A stretch of 64,000 nucleotides of DNA from Chthoniobacteraceae bacterium (lineage in GTDB: Bacteria > Verrucomicrobiota > Verrucomicrobiia > Chthoniobacterales > Chthoniobacteraceae): NCBI GenBank assembly GCA_040081625.1, contig JBEBGD010000013.1:1-64000 (forward strand), in the 5' to 3' direction. The notes beneath the pieces are model-generated. The model did no database searches. It saw nothing but the letters and a program-made list of their open reading frames with translations, and had not been told where the DNA came from. How positions within the stretch are numbered: position 1 is the stretch's first letter; the number at the start of each line of letters is the position of its first letter. The position numbers were made by a program, and so were the translations under genes. Of the stretch, positions 48,244 through 57,545 are shown one piece after another.

Positions 48244-48606
48244 ATGAATTCTGACAGCAGCTTTATTGAACTCGTCCGCAGCCTCGTGGTGCAGCTCCCA
48301 GTCGTCCTGGTCTGCATCGCCGGCCTCGTGGTGGCCGTCGTGAAGTGGCGCGAAAGTGGGGGCGCGGCGAAGTGGGCGCTCCTGGGGTTTGGGGCAGTGC
48401 TGTTCCTGAGTTTCGCGATGCCGGTCGTGTATTCGATGATCAATCAATCGAAGATCGCGGGAACTGACATAGCGCAGATCCGTGCATTTCACATGAGGCT
48501 GAACGTGCTGTGGTCTGTCCTCCGGGCAGTGAGCTACGGGCTGCTGCTGGTCGCGATCTTTGCCGGGCGCCGGACTGGTGCGCCGCCCTCATTGCCGAAG
48601 CCGTGA
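48244..48606 (+). CDS. Hypothetical three-TM membrane protein
   Basis: ATG at 48244; three hydrophobic helices; fills the gap before the next gene. Confidence 0.65.
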   Translation: MNSDSSFIELVRSLVVQLPVVLVCIAGLVVAVVKWRESGGAAKWALLGFGAVLFLSFAMPVVYSMINQSKIAGTDIAQIRAFHMRLNVLWSVLRAVSYGLLLVAIFAGRRTGAPPSLPKP

Positions 48607-48619
48607 ATCACCACCCGAG

Positions 48620-49309
48620 GTGACGACGCTCGCCGACTTGCTCAAGGAACAGCTCGATCAACGCGAGTTCATCCTGCCCGCGGCGTTCGATCTCACGGCG
48701 ACGTTTTTCTTCGCGATCACTGGCGCGCTCGCGGCGATGCGCCGGCATCACGATTACGTCGGATTGTTTGCGCTCGCTTTCGTCGCGGGCGTGGGTGGCG
48801 GGCTGATGCGCGACGGGATCTTCATCCAGACGGGACCGCCCGCGGCGGTGAGCGACGGGCGTTACATCCTCGCGGTGCTCGGCGCGTGCGTCGTGGGATC
48901 GATCATCGGGCATCGCATCGAGCGCTTTCGCAGGGCGATCGCGGTGCTCGATGCGGTGGGGCTCGGCGCGTATGCGGTGGTCGGCGTGCAGAAATCGCTA
49001 AGCGCGGGACTGAGCATCCCGGCGGCGATTCTTGTGGGGATCATCAATGCGGCGGGCGGCGGCATCCTGCGCGATCTGCTCGTGCGCGAGGAGCCGTTGG
49101 TGTTCAAGCCGGGGCAGTTTTACGTGGTCGCGGCGGTGATCGGCTGCGTGCTCTTCGTTGCGTTGACGGTGCTCGCCGGCTGGAGTGCGCCGCTCGCCGC
49201 GCTGGTGGCGATCGCGGTGACGTTTCTTTGCCGCATCTTTTCGATCGTCTTCAAATGGGAGACGAGCGCGGTGCGACCGTGGTTCACGAAGCCGCCCCCG
49301 GAAGGCTAG
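48620..49309 (+). CDS. TRIC / UPF0126 (YadS-like) membrane protein
   Basis: Duplicated GGG.xRD motifs ([18 protein letters not shown]) and DAVGLG. GTG start inferred. Confidence 0.88.
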   Translation: MTTLADLLKEQLDQREFILPAAFDLTATFFFAITGALAAMRRHHDYVGLFALAFVAGVGGGLMRDGIFIQTGPPAAVSDGRYILAVLGACVVGSIIGHRIERFRRAIAVLDAVGLGAYAVVGVQKSLSAGLSIPAAILVGIINAAGGGILRDLLVREEPLVFKPGQFYVVAAVIGCVLFVALTVLAGWSAPLAALVAIAVTFLCRIFSIVFKWETSAVRPWFTKPPPEG

Positions 49310-50676
49310 GCGGCGTCCTGCTGCCGGGCCTCGCGCTTGAAGTGAAGCTTGCCCACCCGGCGACCGTCGGTGTCGGTGATGGTGACGACGTAGTTTTCGA
49401 TGCGCGTCTGTTCGCCGAGCTTCGGAAGGTGGCCGATCTGCGCGGTGACGTAGCCACCGATGGTGCTCACGTCTTCGCTCTCGAGCTCGAGGCCGACGAG
49501 GTCCTTCAGCTCGTAGAGCCCGAGCGAGCCTTCCACGTCGAACTCGTCCTCGTTGACCTTGCGCAGCTCGGGTGCTTCGCGGTCGAACTCGTCCTGGATG
49601 TCGCCGACGAGTTCCTCGAGCACGTTGTCGAGCGTGACCATGCCGGTGGTGCCGCCGAATTCATCGACGACGAGGGCGACGTGCGCGTGCTTGGCGAGGA
49701 AGTAGGTGAGCAGCTTTTCGAGCGGCATCATCTCGGGCACGGGATGCAGCTCGCGCTTGATGCTTTGCAAGGCGGGCGCGGGTTCGCGGGTGAGGCGCAG
49801 CAGGTCCTTGATGTGGACGAGGCCGATGGCGTTGTCGAGGTGGCCTTCGCAAAGTGGGAAGCGGGTGTGCTTGCTGTCGATCGCGACGCGCAGGTTTTCC
49901 TCGAAGGTGTCCTCGGTGTTGAGGAAGACGACTTCGCCACGCGGCGTGGTGATGTCGCGCACGACGCGCTCGCGCATGTCGAGTGCGTTGATGAGGATTT
50001 CCCTGCCGAGCGCGGTGACTTCCTGCTGCGCGGCGCTTTGGGAGAGGATGACGCGCAGCTCTTCCTCGCTGTGGGTGAGGTCGTGCTCGCTGACCGGGCG
50101 GATCTTAAAAACGTGCCGGAGGATGCGGTTGGCGGTGCCGTTGAGGAACCAGATGGCCGGCTTGAAGATCACGTAGAACCAGTCGAGCGGGCGGCTGATC
50201 CAGAGGGTGACGGGCAGGGCCTTGGAAATGGCGATGGACTTGGGCGCGAGCTCGCCGAGGACGATGTGGAGAAAGGTGATGGTGCCGAAAGCGATCGCGC
50301 CGGAGCCGAGGCGGATCGTGGATTCATCGACGACGCCGAACCGGAAGAAGAAAGGCTGGAGGACGCCGGAGAGGAAGGGTTCGCCGACCCAGCCGAGCCC
50401 GAGGCTGGCGAGGGTGATGCCGAGCTGCGTGGCGGAGAGGTAGGCGTCGAGGTGCTTGACGACGTGGCGCGCCCTGCGCGCGCTGCCGCTGCCTTCGCCT
50501 TCGAGCGCATCGAGCTGGCTGCTGCGCACCTTGACGATGGCAAACTCGCTGGCGACGAAGAAGCCGTTGAGCAGGACGAGGAAAATGACGATGGCGATCT
50601 GCCACACGATCGTGCCGCCGCTTTCCCATTCATGGGCCAGGGCCTCTTGGGCGCCGGAAGCGAGGATTGCGATCAT
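49306..50676 (-). CDS. CNNM/CorC hemolysin-family transporter (DUF21 + CBS + CorC)
   Basis: [57 protein letters not shown]. Confidence 0.92.
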   Translation of the reverse strand: MIAILASGAQEALAHEWESGGTIVWQIAIVIFLVLLNGFFVASEFAIVKVRSSQLDALEGEGSGSARRARHVVKHLDAYLSATQLGITLASLGLGWVGEPFLSGVLQPFFFRFGVVDESTIRLGSGAIAFGTITFLHIVLGELAPKSIAISKALPVTLWISRPLDWFYVIFKPAIWFLNGTANRILRHVFKIRPVSEHDLTHSEEELRVILSQSAAQQEVTALGREILINALDMRERVVRDITTPRGEVVFLNTEDTFEENLRVAIDSKHTRFPLCEGHLDNAIGLVHIKDLLRLTREPAPALQSIKRELHPVPEMMPLEKLLTYFLAKHAHVALVVDEFGGTTGMVTLDNVLEELVGDIQDEFDREAPELRKVNEDEFDVEGSLGLYELKDLVGLELESEDVSTIGGYVTAQIGHLPKLGEQTRIENYVVTITDTDGRRVGKLHFKREARQQDAA

Positions 50677-50704
50677 CGGGCAGTCGGAAAAATTGGGAGG
50701 GCCG

Positions 50705-50744
50705 AAAACAGAACGAGCCGCAGACCCGGGGGCCTGCGACTCGT
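50705..50744 (-). terminator. Intrinsic terminator after rpsN
   Basis: Minus-strand stem ACGAGTCGCAGGCC / GGTCTGCGGCTCGT followed by TCTGTTTT. Confidence 0.7.
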
Positions 50745-50767
50745 CGAAAGTCGGTCTTCGGTCCGGG

Positions 50768-51037
50768 TTACCAGCTCGACTTGGTGACCCCCGGAATCAT
50801 GCCGTTGGAGGCCAGTTCGCGGAATGCGATACGCGAGACCTTGAAGCGGCCGATGAAGGCGCGCTTGCGGCCGGTGATCGAGCAGCGGCGGCTTAGGCGC
50901 ACCGGGCTGGCATTCCTCGGGAGCTGCTGGAGCGCGAGGTAATCGCCCTTCTTCTTGAGCTCCGCACGCAGCGCGGCATACTTCGCCACACAGGCGCCTT
51001 TTTTCTTTTCGCGTTCGAGCCAGCAGGTTTTTGCCAT
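50768..51037 (-). CDS. rpsN: 30S ribosomal protein S14, zinc-independent 89-aa type
   Basis: [38 protein letters not shown]. Confidence 0.95.
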   Translation of the reverse strand: MAKTCWLEREKKKGACVAKYAALRAELKKKGDYLALQQLPRNASPVRLSRRCSITGRKRAFIGRFKVSRIAFRELASNGMIPGVTKSSW

Positions 51038-51100
51038 GATTATGTCGGGTTTTTTGAGGGCGCGGAAACTAGGGGGGAAAGGAGGGCGCGCAACTGATTT

Positions 51101-52087
51101 TTAGCGCTGCACCCGGCCGCCATCCGCCCCGCCTGCCAGCGCCTCGACCTCGGCGAGCGAGAAAAGTGGGAGGTCGCCCGGGATCGTGTGGGCGAGCACC
51201 CCGGCGGCGACTGCGAAGTCGATCGCCACGTGTGGCGCGTCGCCGCGCAGCAGCGAGAAGATCAGCCCGCCGGTGAATGCATCGCCCGTGCCCACGCGAT
51301 CGACGACCGTGATCTCGTGCCGGCGGCTTGCGTAAGTGTCCTCGCCCGCTCGCAGGAGCGCACCGAAGCGCGCGTGGCTCGCACTCGACGATTGTCGCTG
51401 CGGGATCGCCACGGTGCCGAATCCAAACCGCTCCGCGAGCGCCGCAGCCACCGCTTCGTCGCCGTCCGCCTCGATATCGAAGACGGACACGGCTTCGCTG
51501 ATGCCGCAAACGCAGATGTCCACGTGCTCCATCAGCGGGGTGAGGACCATGCTGGCGCGAGCTGGCGACCAGAGCTTCGCGCGGTAGTTCATGTCGAAGC
51601 TCACCGTCAGTCCGAGCGACTTCGCACAGGCCGTCGCCGCCGCGAGCGTTTTCGCGCAGCCCGGTGAGAGCGCTGCCGTGATTCCCGACCAGTGGAACCA
51701 ATCCGCACCGTCGAAAATCGCCGGCCAATTGAACTCCGCCAGGTCCGCCTCGGCGATGGCGCTGCCTGCGCGGTCGTAGATCACCTTTCCCGGACGCTGA
51801 CTGGCACCTTGCTCGAGGAAATAGACGCCGAGACGCTCGCCGCCGCGGATCACGTGCGCGGTATAGACGCCGCAGCGCTGGAGCTCATCGATCGCGCGCT
51901 GGCCGAGTTCGTGATCCGGCAGCTTCGTGATGAAGGACGCTGTCCCGCCGAGCTGCGCGATGGCGACAGCCACGTTCGCCTCCGCGCCGCCGAAGGTAAC
52001 GTCCAGCGATGTCGCTTGCGCAAAGCGCTCGTAGCCCGGCGTGGTAAGCCGGAGCATGATCTCGCCGAAGGTGACGACGTGGGGCAT
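51101..52087 (-). CDS. kdgK: PfkB sugar kinase, 2-keto-3-deoxygluconate kinase-like
   Basis: FGEIMLRL, GGAEANVA, YDRAGSA, DMNYRAKLW, DRVGTGDAF. Confidence 0.85.
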   Translation of the reverse strand: MPHVVTFGEIMLRLTTPGYERFAQATSLDVTFGGAEANVAVAIAQLGGTASFITKLPDHELGQRAIDELQRCGVYTAHVIRGGERLGVYFLEQGASQRPGKVIYDRAGSAIAEADLAEFNWPAIFDGADWFHWSGITAALSPGCAKTLAAATACAKSLGLTVSFDMNYRAKLWSPARASMVLTPLMEHVDICVCGISEAVSVFDIEADGDEAVAAALAERFGFGTVAIPQRQSSSASHARFGALLRAGEDTYASRRHEITVVDRVGTGDAFTGGLIFSLLRGDAPHVAIDFAVAAGVLAHTIPGDLPLFSLAEVEALAGGADGGRVQR

Positions 52088-52288
52088 AGTGGTGGCTTAG
52101 CGGAAAGCAGTGTGGGGCGGGAAGCTGGAAATCAACGGGAGCGTCAGCTTTCCCGTTTGTTCCCACAGTCGCTTCTGGAGCTGCGCGAGTCGCGCGCGTC
52201 GCCGGTGTCGAGCTGGGACGACACGTCGTAACCGTCGATTGCGCGCGAGGCGGCTGCCCTGCACGGGGTCGCCGGGCGGCGGTGACGC

Positions 52289-52849
52289 TCAGCGCAAATA
52301 GACCGGAGCCATGTCGCGCGAGACTTTCACTTCGCGCAGCACGCGGCCATTGCGGTCGGTCACGATCCAGCGGTCGCCGATCTCTCCATTGGCGGTGTAG
52401 GTGCTCCCGGGATCGAGTTGGGCCTTCCACTGCCAGGAAGCCCATCGGTCGAGTTCATACACGTAGATGGCGCGCCCGTAGCCATTCTGGAATCGCAGCG
52501 GCGTGCCGCGGGCGACCTGCGCCGGAGGGTTGTAGGTGCGGCCGGCGACGAGGAAATTGAATACGCCGCCGTCCTCCTTGCGCCCGGTCAGCTTGTTTCC
52601 ATTGGGTCCGATGTATTCGACGACGAGATAATTCGGGCGACCGGGATTCGGGTCGATGCCGAAGCTGGCGACGTGAACGCGGAAGGAATACGCGCCCGCA
52701 TCGACCTTGGCCTGCACGAGTTTGCGCACATCCACGGTCCGCCCCGGCTTTGGCAGTCCGTAATGGGCGCTGATGATCTTGACCTGCGCCTGCGCGCTGG
52801 TGGCGGCGATGCAGGCGAGGGTGAGGGCGAGTAGGAGACGTGTCTTCAT
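52289..52849 (-). CDS. Secreted two-domain hypothetical protein
   Basis: Signal peptide (AQA|Q); IISAHYG...DV....FGIDP.PG..NYL.VEY domain plus a C-terminal VHL-beta-like pattern. Confidence 0.75.
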   Translation of the reverse strand: MKTRLLLALTLACIAATSAQAQVKIISAHYGLPKPGRTVDVRKLVQAKVDAGAYSFRVHVASFGIDPNPGRPNYLVVEYIGPNGNKLTGRKEDGGVFNFLVAGRTYNPPAQVARGTPLRFQNGYGRAIYVYELDRWASWQWKAQLDPGSTYTANGEIGDRWIVTDRNGRVLREVKVSRDMAPVYLR

Positions 52850-52886
52850 GGTAAGTGGCGGGATTGTTGTGAGCGGGTCCGACGGG

Positions 52887-54209
52887 TTACTTCACGCGCA
52901 CATTCATGCGCATAAAAGCGGGCACGTCGAGGTCCTGGCCATCGACGATCGTCGGCTCGCTCTTCTCGAAGCGCCCGCGGTTTACCGGTTCGAAAGTCAT
53001 CTGCTCCTGCTTTTCCTCCCGCGCGGTCTTCGGCTTCGGCGCGGCCTTGGGTGGACGTGCCGGGCGCGCCTCGGCGGCGGGCGCGAGTGGCTCGGCGTCT
53101 GCCGCGATGAGAGGCGCAGGCGCAGGAACGGGTGCCTCGACCGGCGCGGGCGGCGCGACGATCGCCGTGTGTTCGGGCATCGGTGCCATCACCGGCGGAG
53201 GCAGCACCATGGCCGGCCGGGCCTGTGCTTCGACCACCCGCTCCAGCCCGCCCAGCGCACCCATGATCGACACGGACATCTTCCCGCCAAGCCGCGGATC
53301 TACGGCGGTGCTGAAGAGCAATCGCGTCGTGTCGTTGATGTGCCGGTTCAATTCCTCCATCAGCATGGTCACCTCGTTCAGCGTCATCGTCGGCCCGCCG
53401 GCGACGTGGACGAGGATGCTCTGCACGTCGGAGAGCAGCCGGCCGCGATCCATGAGCGGGCTGCGCAGCGCGCGCTCGATCGCCACGTGGGCGCGGTTGT
53501 CGCCGTCGGCTTCGCCATAGCCGAAGAGGCTGCGCGGATTTTGCGCGCGCAGCGCCGCGGCGATCTCGGCGAAGCCCGCGTGGATCAAACCGCGCCGCTG
53601 GAGGATCGAAGCAATCGCCCGGACGCTCTGGCTGATGACCTGATCGGCGGCCGCGAACGGTTCCTCGATTCCCGCGCGCGGACTCGCGCCGTCGGCCATC
53701 CGGTCGTTCTCGAAACAGATGACGACGTCGGCCTGCTGCCGGAGCGACGCGAGCGCTTCCTCCGCCTGCGCCATGCGGCGCTGCCGCTCGAAGGCGAAGG
53801 GGAGCGTGACAAAGGCGATGACCAGCGCGTGTTCCTGGCGCGCGAAGTTCGCGATGAGCGGCGCCGCGCCCGAAGCCGTGCCGCCTCCAAGCCCGGCGCA
53901 CAGGAAGACGAGATCCGCGCCGTCGAGTGCGGCCTTGATTTCATCCGCCGCCTCCTCCGCCGCGGCGTAGCCCAGCTCCGGATCGCCGCCCGTGCCGAGG
54001 CCGCGCGTCGTCTCGATCCCGAGCTGCACTTTCAGCGGAGCGACGTTTGCGACGAGCGAGCGCGCGTCGGTGTTCATCGCGATGAGCTCGGCGGTGTCGA
54101 AGCCGTCGAGCCGGATGCGGTCCAGCGCGTTTGCGCCGCCGTTGCCGAGGCCGATGACTTTGATGGTCAGCTCAGGAGTCGAGGGTTGGGTGCGTGGCAG
54201 TGCGATCAT
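52887..54209 (-). CDS. ftsZ: Cell division protein FtsZ (divergent)
   Basis: IKVIGLGNGG, NTD, GLGGGTASG, PFAFE, END, C-terminal peptide DLDVPAFMR; follows ftsA. Confidence 0.92.
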   Translation of the reverse strand: MIALPRTQPSTPELTIKVIGLGNGGANALDRIRLDGFDTAELIAMNTDARSLVANVAPLKVQLGIETTRGLGTGGDPELGYAAAEEAADEIKAALDGADLVFLCAGLGGGTASGAAPLIANFARQEHALVIAFVTLPFAFERQRRMAQAEEALASLRQQADVVICFENDRMADGASPRAGIEEPFAAADQVISQSVRAIASILQRRGLIHAGFAEIAAALRAQNPRSLFGYGEADGDNRAHVAIERALRSPLMDRGRLLSDVQSILVHVAGGPTMTLNEVTMLMEELNRHINDTTRLLFSTAVDPRLGGKMSVSIMGALGGLERVVEAQARPAMVLPPPVMAPMPEHTAIVAPPAPVEAPVPAPAPLIAADAEPLAPAAEARPARPPKAAPKPKTAREEKQEQMTFEPVNRGRFEKSEPTIVDGQDLDVPAFMRMNVRVK

Positions 54210-54222
54210 GGTGGGTTTGGAG

Positions 54223-55446
54223 CTAGAGCAGGTTGTTGAGGAAGGGAATGCGGCGGGCGATCCGGCGGAACAGGTTGGGCCGCCGCAGGCCCACGGTCAT
54301 GGCGTGCGCGTATTTCACGACGCCGATCGCGCAGGAATACTGCGGGTTTTCAAATGCGCTGGTCGGGCCGGACATCGCGCCCTTCACACACGTCACATGG
54401 ACGGGTTGGCCGAAGACGTCCTCGGCCAGCTCATTGATGCCCTTGAGCATCGAACTGCCGCCGGTGAGCTGCACGCCCGCTCCGAGGAAATCCAGCCGCG
54501 CGCCGCTCGCGTCGAGCTGCTTCTTCACGAGCTCGAAGGTCTCGCGCACCCGGCAGTGAATGATCGTGTTGAGCATCTCGCGCTCGATCTCCTTGCCCGC
54601 AAAGCCCGTCTCGTCCTTGAGCAGGATGCGCTCGCCCGGCGTCGAATGGCCGAGCCGCACGCTGCCCTCGTCGATCTTGAGCCGCTCCGCGCGCGCCATC
54701 GGGATGCGCAGGCCGAGCGAGAGATCGTTGGTGACGTGGTCGCCGCCGAGGTCCAGGCAGCCGCTGTGCTTCACGCCGCCGTCCGCATACATCACGTAGC
54801 CGGTCGTGCCCGCGCCGATGTCGATGACGAGCGCGCCCTGGTTTTTCTGGTCCGAATCGAGCACGACTTGCGCGCTGGCCAGCGGGCCGAAGACGACGTC
54901 CTCGACATCGATGTCGAGTTCCTTCACGCACCGGATGCTGTTTTTGATCCGGTTGCCGACTCCGTGGACGATGTGAAAATCGGCCTCGAGCTTGCGGCCC
55001 ATCATGCCGATCGGGTTGAGCACACCGTCCTGCCCATCGACATAATAGTGCTGGAGGATCGAGTGCAGGAATTGATTCGGCGCGGGGATGCTCACCTCGC
55101 GCGCGGCGGTCTGCACTTCCACGAAATCCTCGTCGCAAATCTCGTCGCGATCCTCGGGGATGATGATCATGCCTCGGTTGTTGAAGCTCTCGATGTGGCC
55201 GCCGGTGACCGCGAGGTAAACACTCCCGATCATCACATCGCTTTTCTCCTCCGCATCGGCGAGCGCTTCGCGCACGCATTTGCCCGCGGTTTCAAAATCC
55301 ACGATGCCGCTCTTGCGCACACCGCGTGATGGCGCCTGGCCGACGCCGTTGATTTTGATGGTGCCATCGGGCCGCCCCTCGGCGACGACGGCGCACACTT
55401 TTGAAGTGCCAATTTCGAGACCGACGATGAAATCTTCGGAGGACAT
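54223..55446 (-). CDS. ftsA: Cell division protein FtsA
   Basis: GLEIGTSKV, IDIGAGTT, GGDHVTNDL, LTGGSS. Confidence 0.95.
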   Translation of the reverse strand: MSSEDFIVGLEIGTSKVCAVVAEGRPDGTIKINGVGQAPSRGVRKSGIVDFETAGKCVREALADAEEKSDVMIGSVYLAVTGGHIESFNNRGMIIIPEDRDEICDEDFVEVQTAAREVSIPAPNQFLHSILQHYYVDGQDGVLNPIGMMGRKLEADFHIVHGVGNRIKNSIRCVKELDIDVEDVVFGPLASAQVVLDSDQKNQGALVIDIGAGTTGYVMYADGGVKHSGCLDLGGDHVTNDLSLGLRIPMARAERLKIDEGSVRLGHSTPGERILLKDETGFAGKEIEREMLNTIIHCRVRETFELVKKQLDASGARLDFLGAGVQLTGGSSMLKGINELAEDVFGQPVHVTCVKGAMSGPTSAFENPQYSCAIGVVKYAHAMTVGLRRPNLFRRIARRIPFLNNLL

Positions 55447-56540
55447 TATGAGCGGAATGGTTTGCGGACTGTGGGTGTGGATTTGGTGCGGGAATTGGAG
55501 CGGCTGTCACTCTTCGTTTTCGTCGCGGCGGGCGTCGGTGTCGGCACCGCCACGGCGCGTGGAGCCACCGCGACGGCGACCTTCACCGGCATCGGCGTGG
55601 ACTTCGCCTTTGGCTTGTCCTGAGCGGGCGGAGACGGCGGCGCCGGTGTGGGGGCAGGATCGTCTTCCTCAGGCTTGTGAAAGGTCACCGGCGTATTCTT
55701 TCGCACGAGCAGGTTCACGGTCAGGAGTTCCTTTTTTTCGGCATCGGCACGATCGAGGTATCGGAACAGCCGGTCGAGTTGCTGTTCGATCCCGTCGAGG
55801 CCGAACGTGACCTTCGCGTGGTTCTGGTCCGTCACGATCAGGCAGTAGCCCTTGGAGAGATCGATGTTCCGCGCCTGCCAGCGCGTGTTCGCCGCGTCGA
55901 GTCTCACGAGCTCGAGCGCCGACTGCATCTCTACGGTCGCGACGCGCTGGCCGGACACAAAATCGCCGACCGGCACCCCGCTGATGTGCGGAAGGTGGTA
56001 GTATTCCTCGATCATCCTCTTGGTTCTCATCACCACGCCTCGCGCATCGATCAGCCACGACTTCCCGCTCGCCGTCGGGATTTCATCCGCGCGCTCGGTG
56101 ACCCACGCGATCGGGCGCCGCTCCGTGACGACGATGTCGAGCCGGTTCGGGCGGATGATCTGAATCTCAGCGCGCTCGACTTGCGGCAGCTTGTCTATGC
56201 CTTCGCGAATCGGCTCGGTCTTCACCCGGAAAATGTTCACGCCAGCGCGCACGCCGCCCGCGAGGATGATCTGGTCGCGCTGGAGTGCGCCGTCGGTCGA
56301 GACGCGAATGTCGGTCAGCGCATACTCGGGATTCTCGAGGAGAAAGCGCCGCAGCAACTCATTCCCGCCGAGCCACACGCCGGTCGCAATCCCCGCGTAA
56401 AACAGAGTCTTGCACACGCACATCGCGATGAAGCGATTGCGCATCGTGCGCGCCTTGTCGGCGCGGGCGCTGACTTCGAGAAGGTGCTGATGCTTGCGCA
56501 CTTTGCGGGTGGAGAGGCGTTGGTTGCGGACTTTGCTCAT
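55446..56540 (-). CDS. ftsQ: Cell division protein FtsQ/DivIB
   Basis: Basic N-terminus, TM, POTRA (LPQVERAEI...PNRL.I.VTERRPIA), low-complexity C-tail; lies between ddl and ftsA. Confidence 0.88.
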   Translation of the reverse strand: MSKVRNQRLSTRKVRKHQHLLEVSARADKARTMRNRFIAMCVCKTLFYAGIATGVWLGGNELLRRFLLENPEYALTDIRVSTDGALQRDQIILAGGVRAGVNIFRVKTEPIREGIDKLPQVERAEIQIIRPNRLDIVVTERRPIAWVTERADEIPTASGKSWLIDARGVVMRTKRMIEEYYHLPHISGVPVGDFVSGQRVATVEMQSALELVRLDAANTRWQARNIDLSKGYCLIVTDQNHAKVTFGLDGIEQQLDRLFRYLDRADAEKKELLTVNLLVRKNTPVTFHKPEEDDPAPTPAPPSPPAQDKPKAKSTPMPVKVAVAVAPRAVAVPTPTPAATKTKSDSRSNSRTKSTPTVRKPFRS

Positions 56541-57493
56541 GGTCGTGGTGCGGATCGGGCGAGTGAGAGGTCAAGGATGCGGCGGCAAAGCTCGGGATAC
56601 GAAATGCCCGCAGCCTTCGCGGCCTCGGGCAGCAGACTCACCGGCGTCATGCCGGGGATCGTGTTGATCTCGATCACCAGCGGCGCGCCATCCGCGGTGA
56701 GCAGCACATCGACACGGGAATAGACCTCGAGATCCAGCGCGCGATGCGCCGCAAGCGCGACGGCCTGCACGCGCTGTGTCAGCTCATGGGAAAGCGGCGC
56801 GGGGCAGAAGTGATCGGCCCCCGCGGCCTGCGGGGAGAGAAAGCTGTATTTGTTCGCGAAGTCGTAGAACTCGCCCGCGTTCTTCGGCCGGATCTCGATC
56901 ACCGGCAGCGCTTCGCCGCCGACGATGCCGACCGTCAGCTCGCGTCCCTCGACGAATTCCTCGACGAGCAACTCCACTCCAAATTTCGCCGCGCCCGCGA
57001 GTGACGCATCGAGCTTCGCCGGGTCGCGCACGATGAAAACGCCTACGCTCGATCCTTCGCACGGAGCCTTGATCACCAGCGGCACCGGCATCGTCGGGCG
57101 CGCGCCCGAGGCGATCACCTCGAAGGCCGGCGTCGGCACGCCACGCTCGATGAACCGGCGCTTGCTCGCGATCTTGTCGATCGCCAGCTCGCTGCCCGCG
57201 ACGCCTTCCCCCGTGTAATAAATCCCGCGCGATTCCAGCACACGCTGGAGTTTTCCGTCTTCGCCAAACGTGCCGTGAATCGTGTTGAACGCAATCGCGG
57301 TGCCCGGTGGCAGCGCGAAGTTTTCGTCGTCCACGACTACCGGCACCGCGTCCGCGCCGAGCGAACGCAATGCATCGACGACGCCTTCGCCGGACTTGAG
57401 TGAAACGGCGCGTTCCGAGCCGGGTCCGCCCATGAGGACGGCGACTGATTTGCCAGTGAGATCGAGAGCCATGTGGGTGTCAGGTATTTTCAT
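56537..57493 (-). CDS. ddl: D-alanine--D-alanine ligase
   Basis: GGPGSERAVSL.SG, HGTFGEDG, GSSVG, YDFANKY, EINTIPGMT..SL. Start uncertain (57472, 57493 or 57553). Confidence 0.93.
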   Translation of the reverse strand: MKIPDTHMALDLTGKSVAVLMGGPGSERAVSLKSGEGVVDALRSLGADAVPVVVDDENFALPPGTAIAFNTIHGTFGEDGKLQRVLESRGIYYTGEGVAGSELAIDKIASKRRFIERGVPTPAFEVIASGARPTMPVPLVIKAPCEGSSVGVFIVRDPAKLDASLAGAAKFGVELLVEEFVEGRELTVGIVGGEALPVIEIRPKNAGEFYDFANKYSFLSPQAAGADHFCPAPLSHELTQRVQAVALAAHRALDLEVYSRVDVLLTADGAPLVIEINTIPGMTPVSLLPEAAKAAGISYPELCRRILDLSLARSAPRP

Positions 57494-57545
57494 CGCCCTG
57501 GATACGAGCGACGCGACGCGATCTTTCACTAAAAGTGCGCGGCGG

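Noticed and set aside
52097..52264. Small minus-strand ORF in the kdgK upstream gap
   Set aside because: About 55 codons, Arg-rich, GTG start with no ribosome-binding evidence; cannot be supported.
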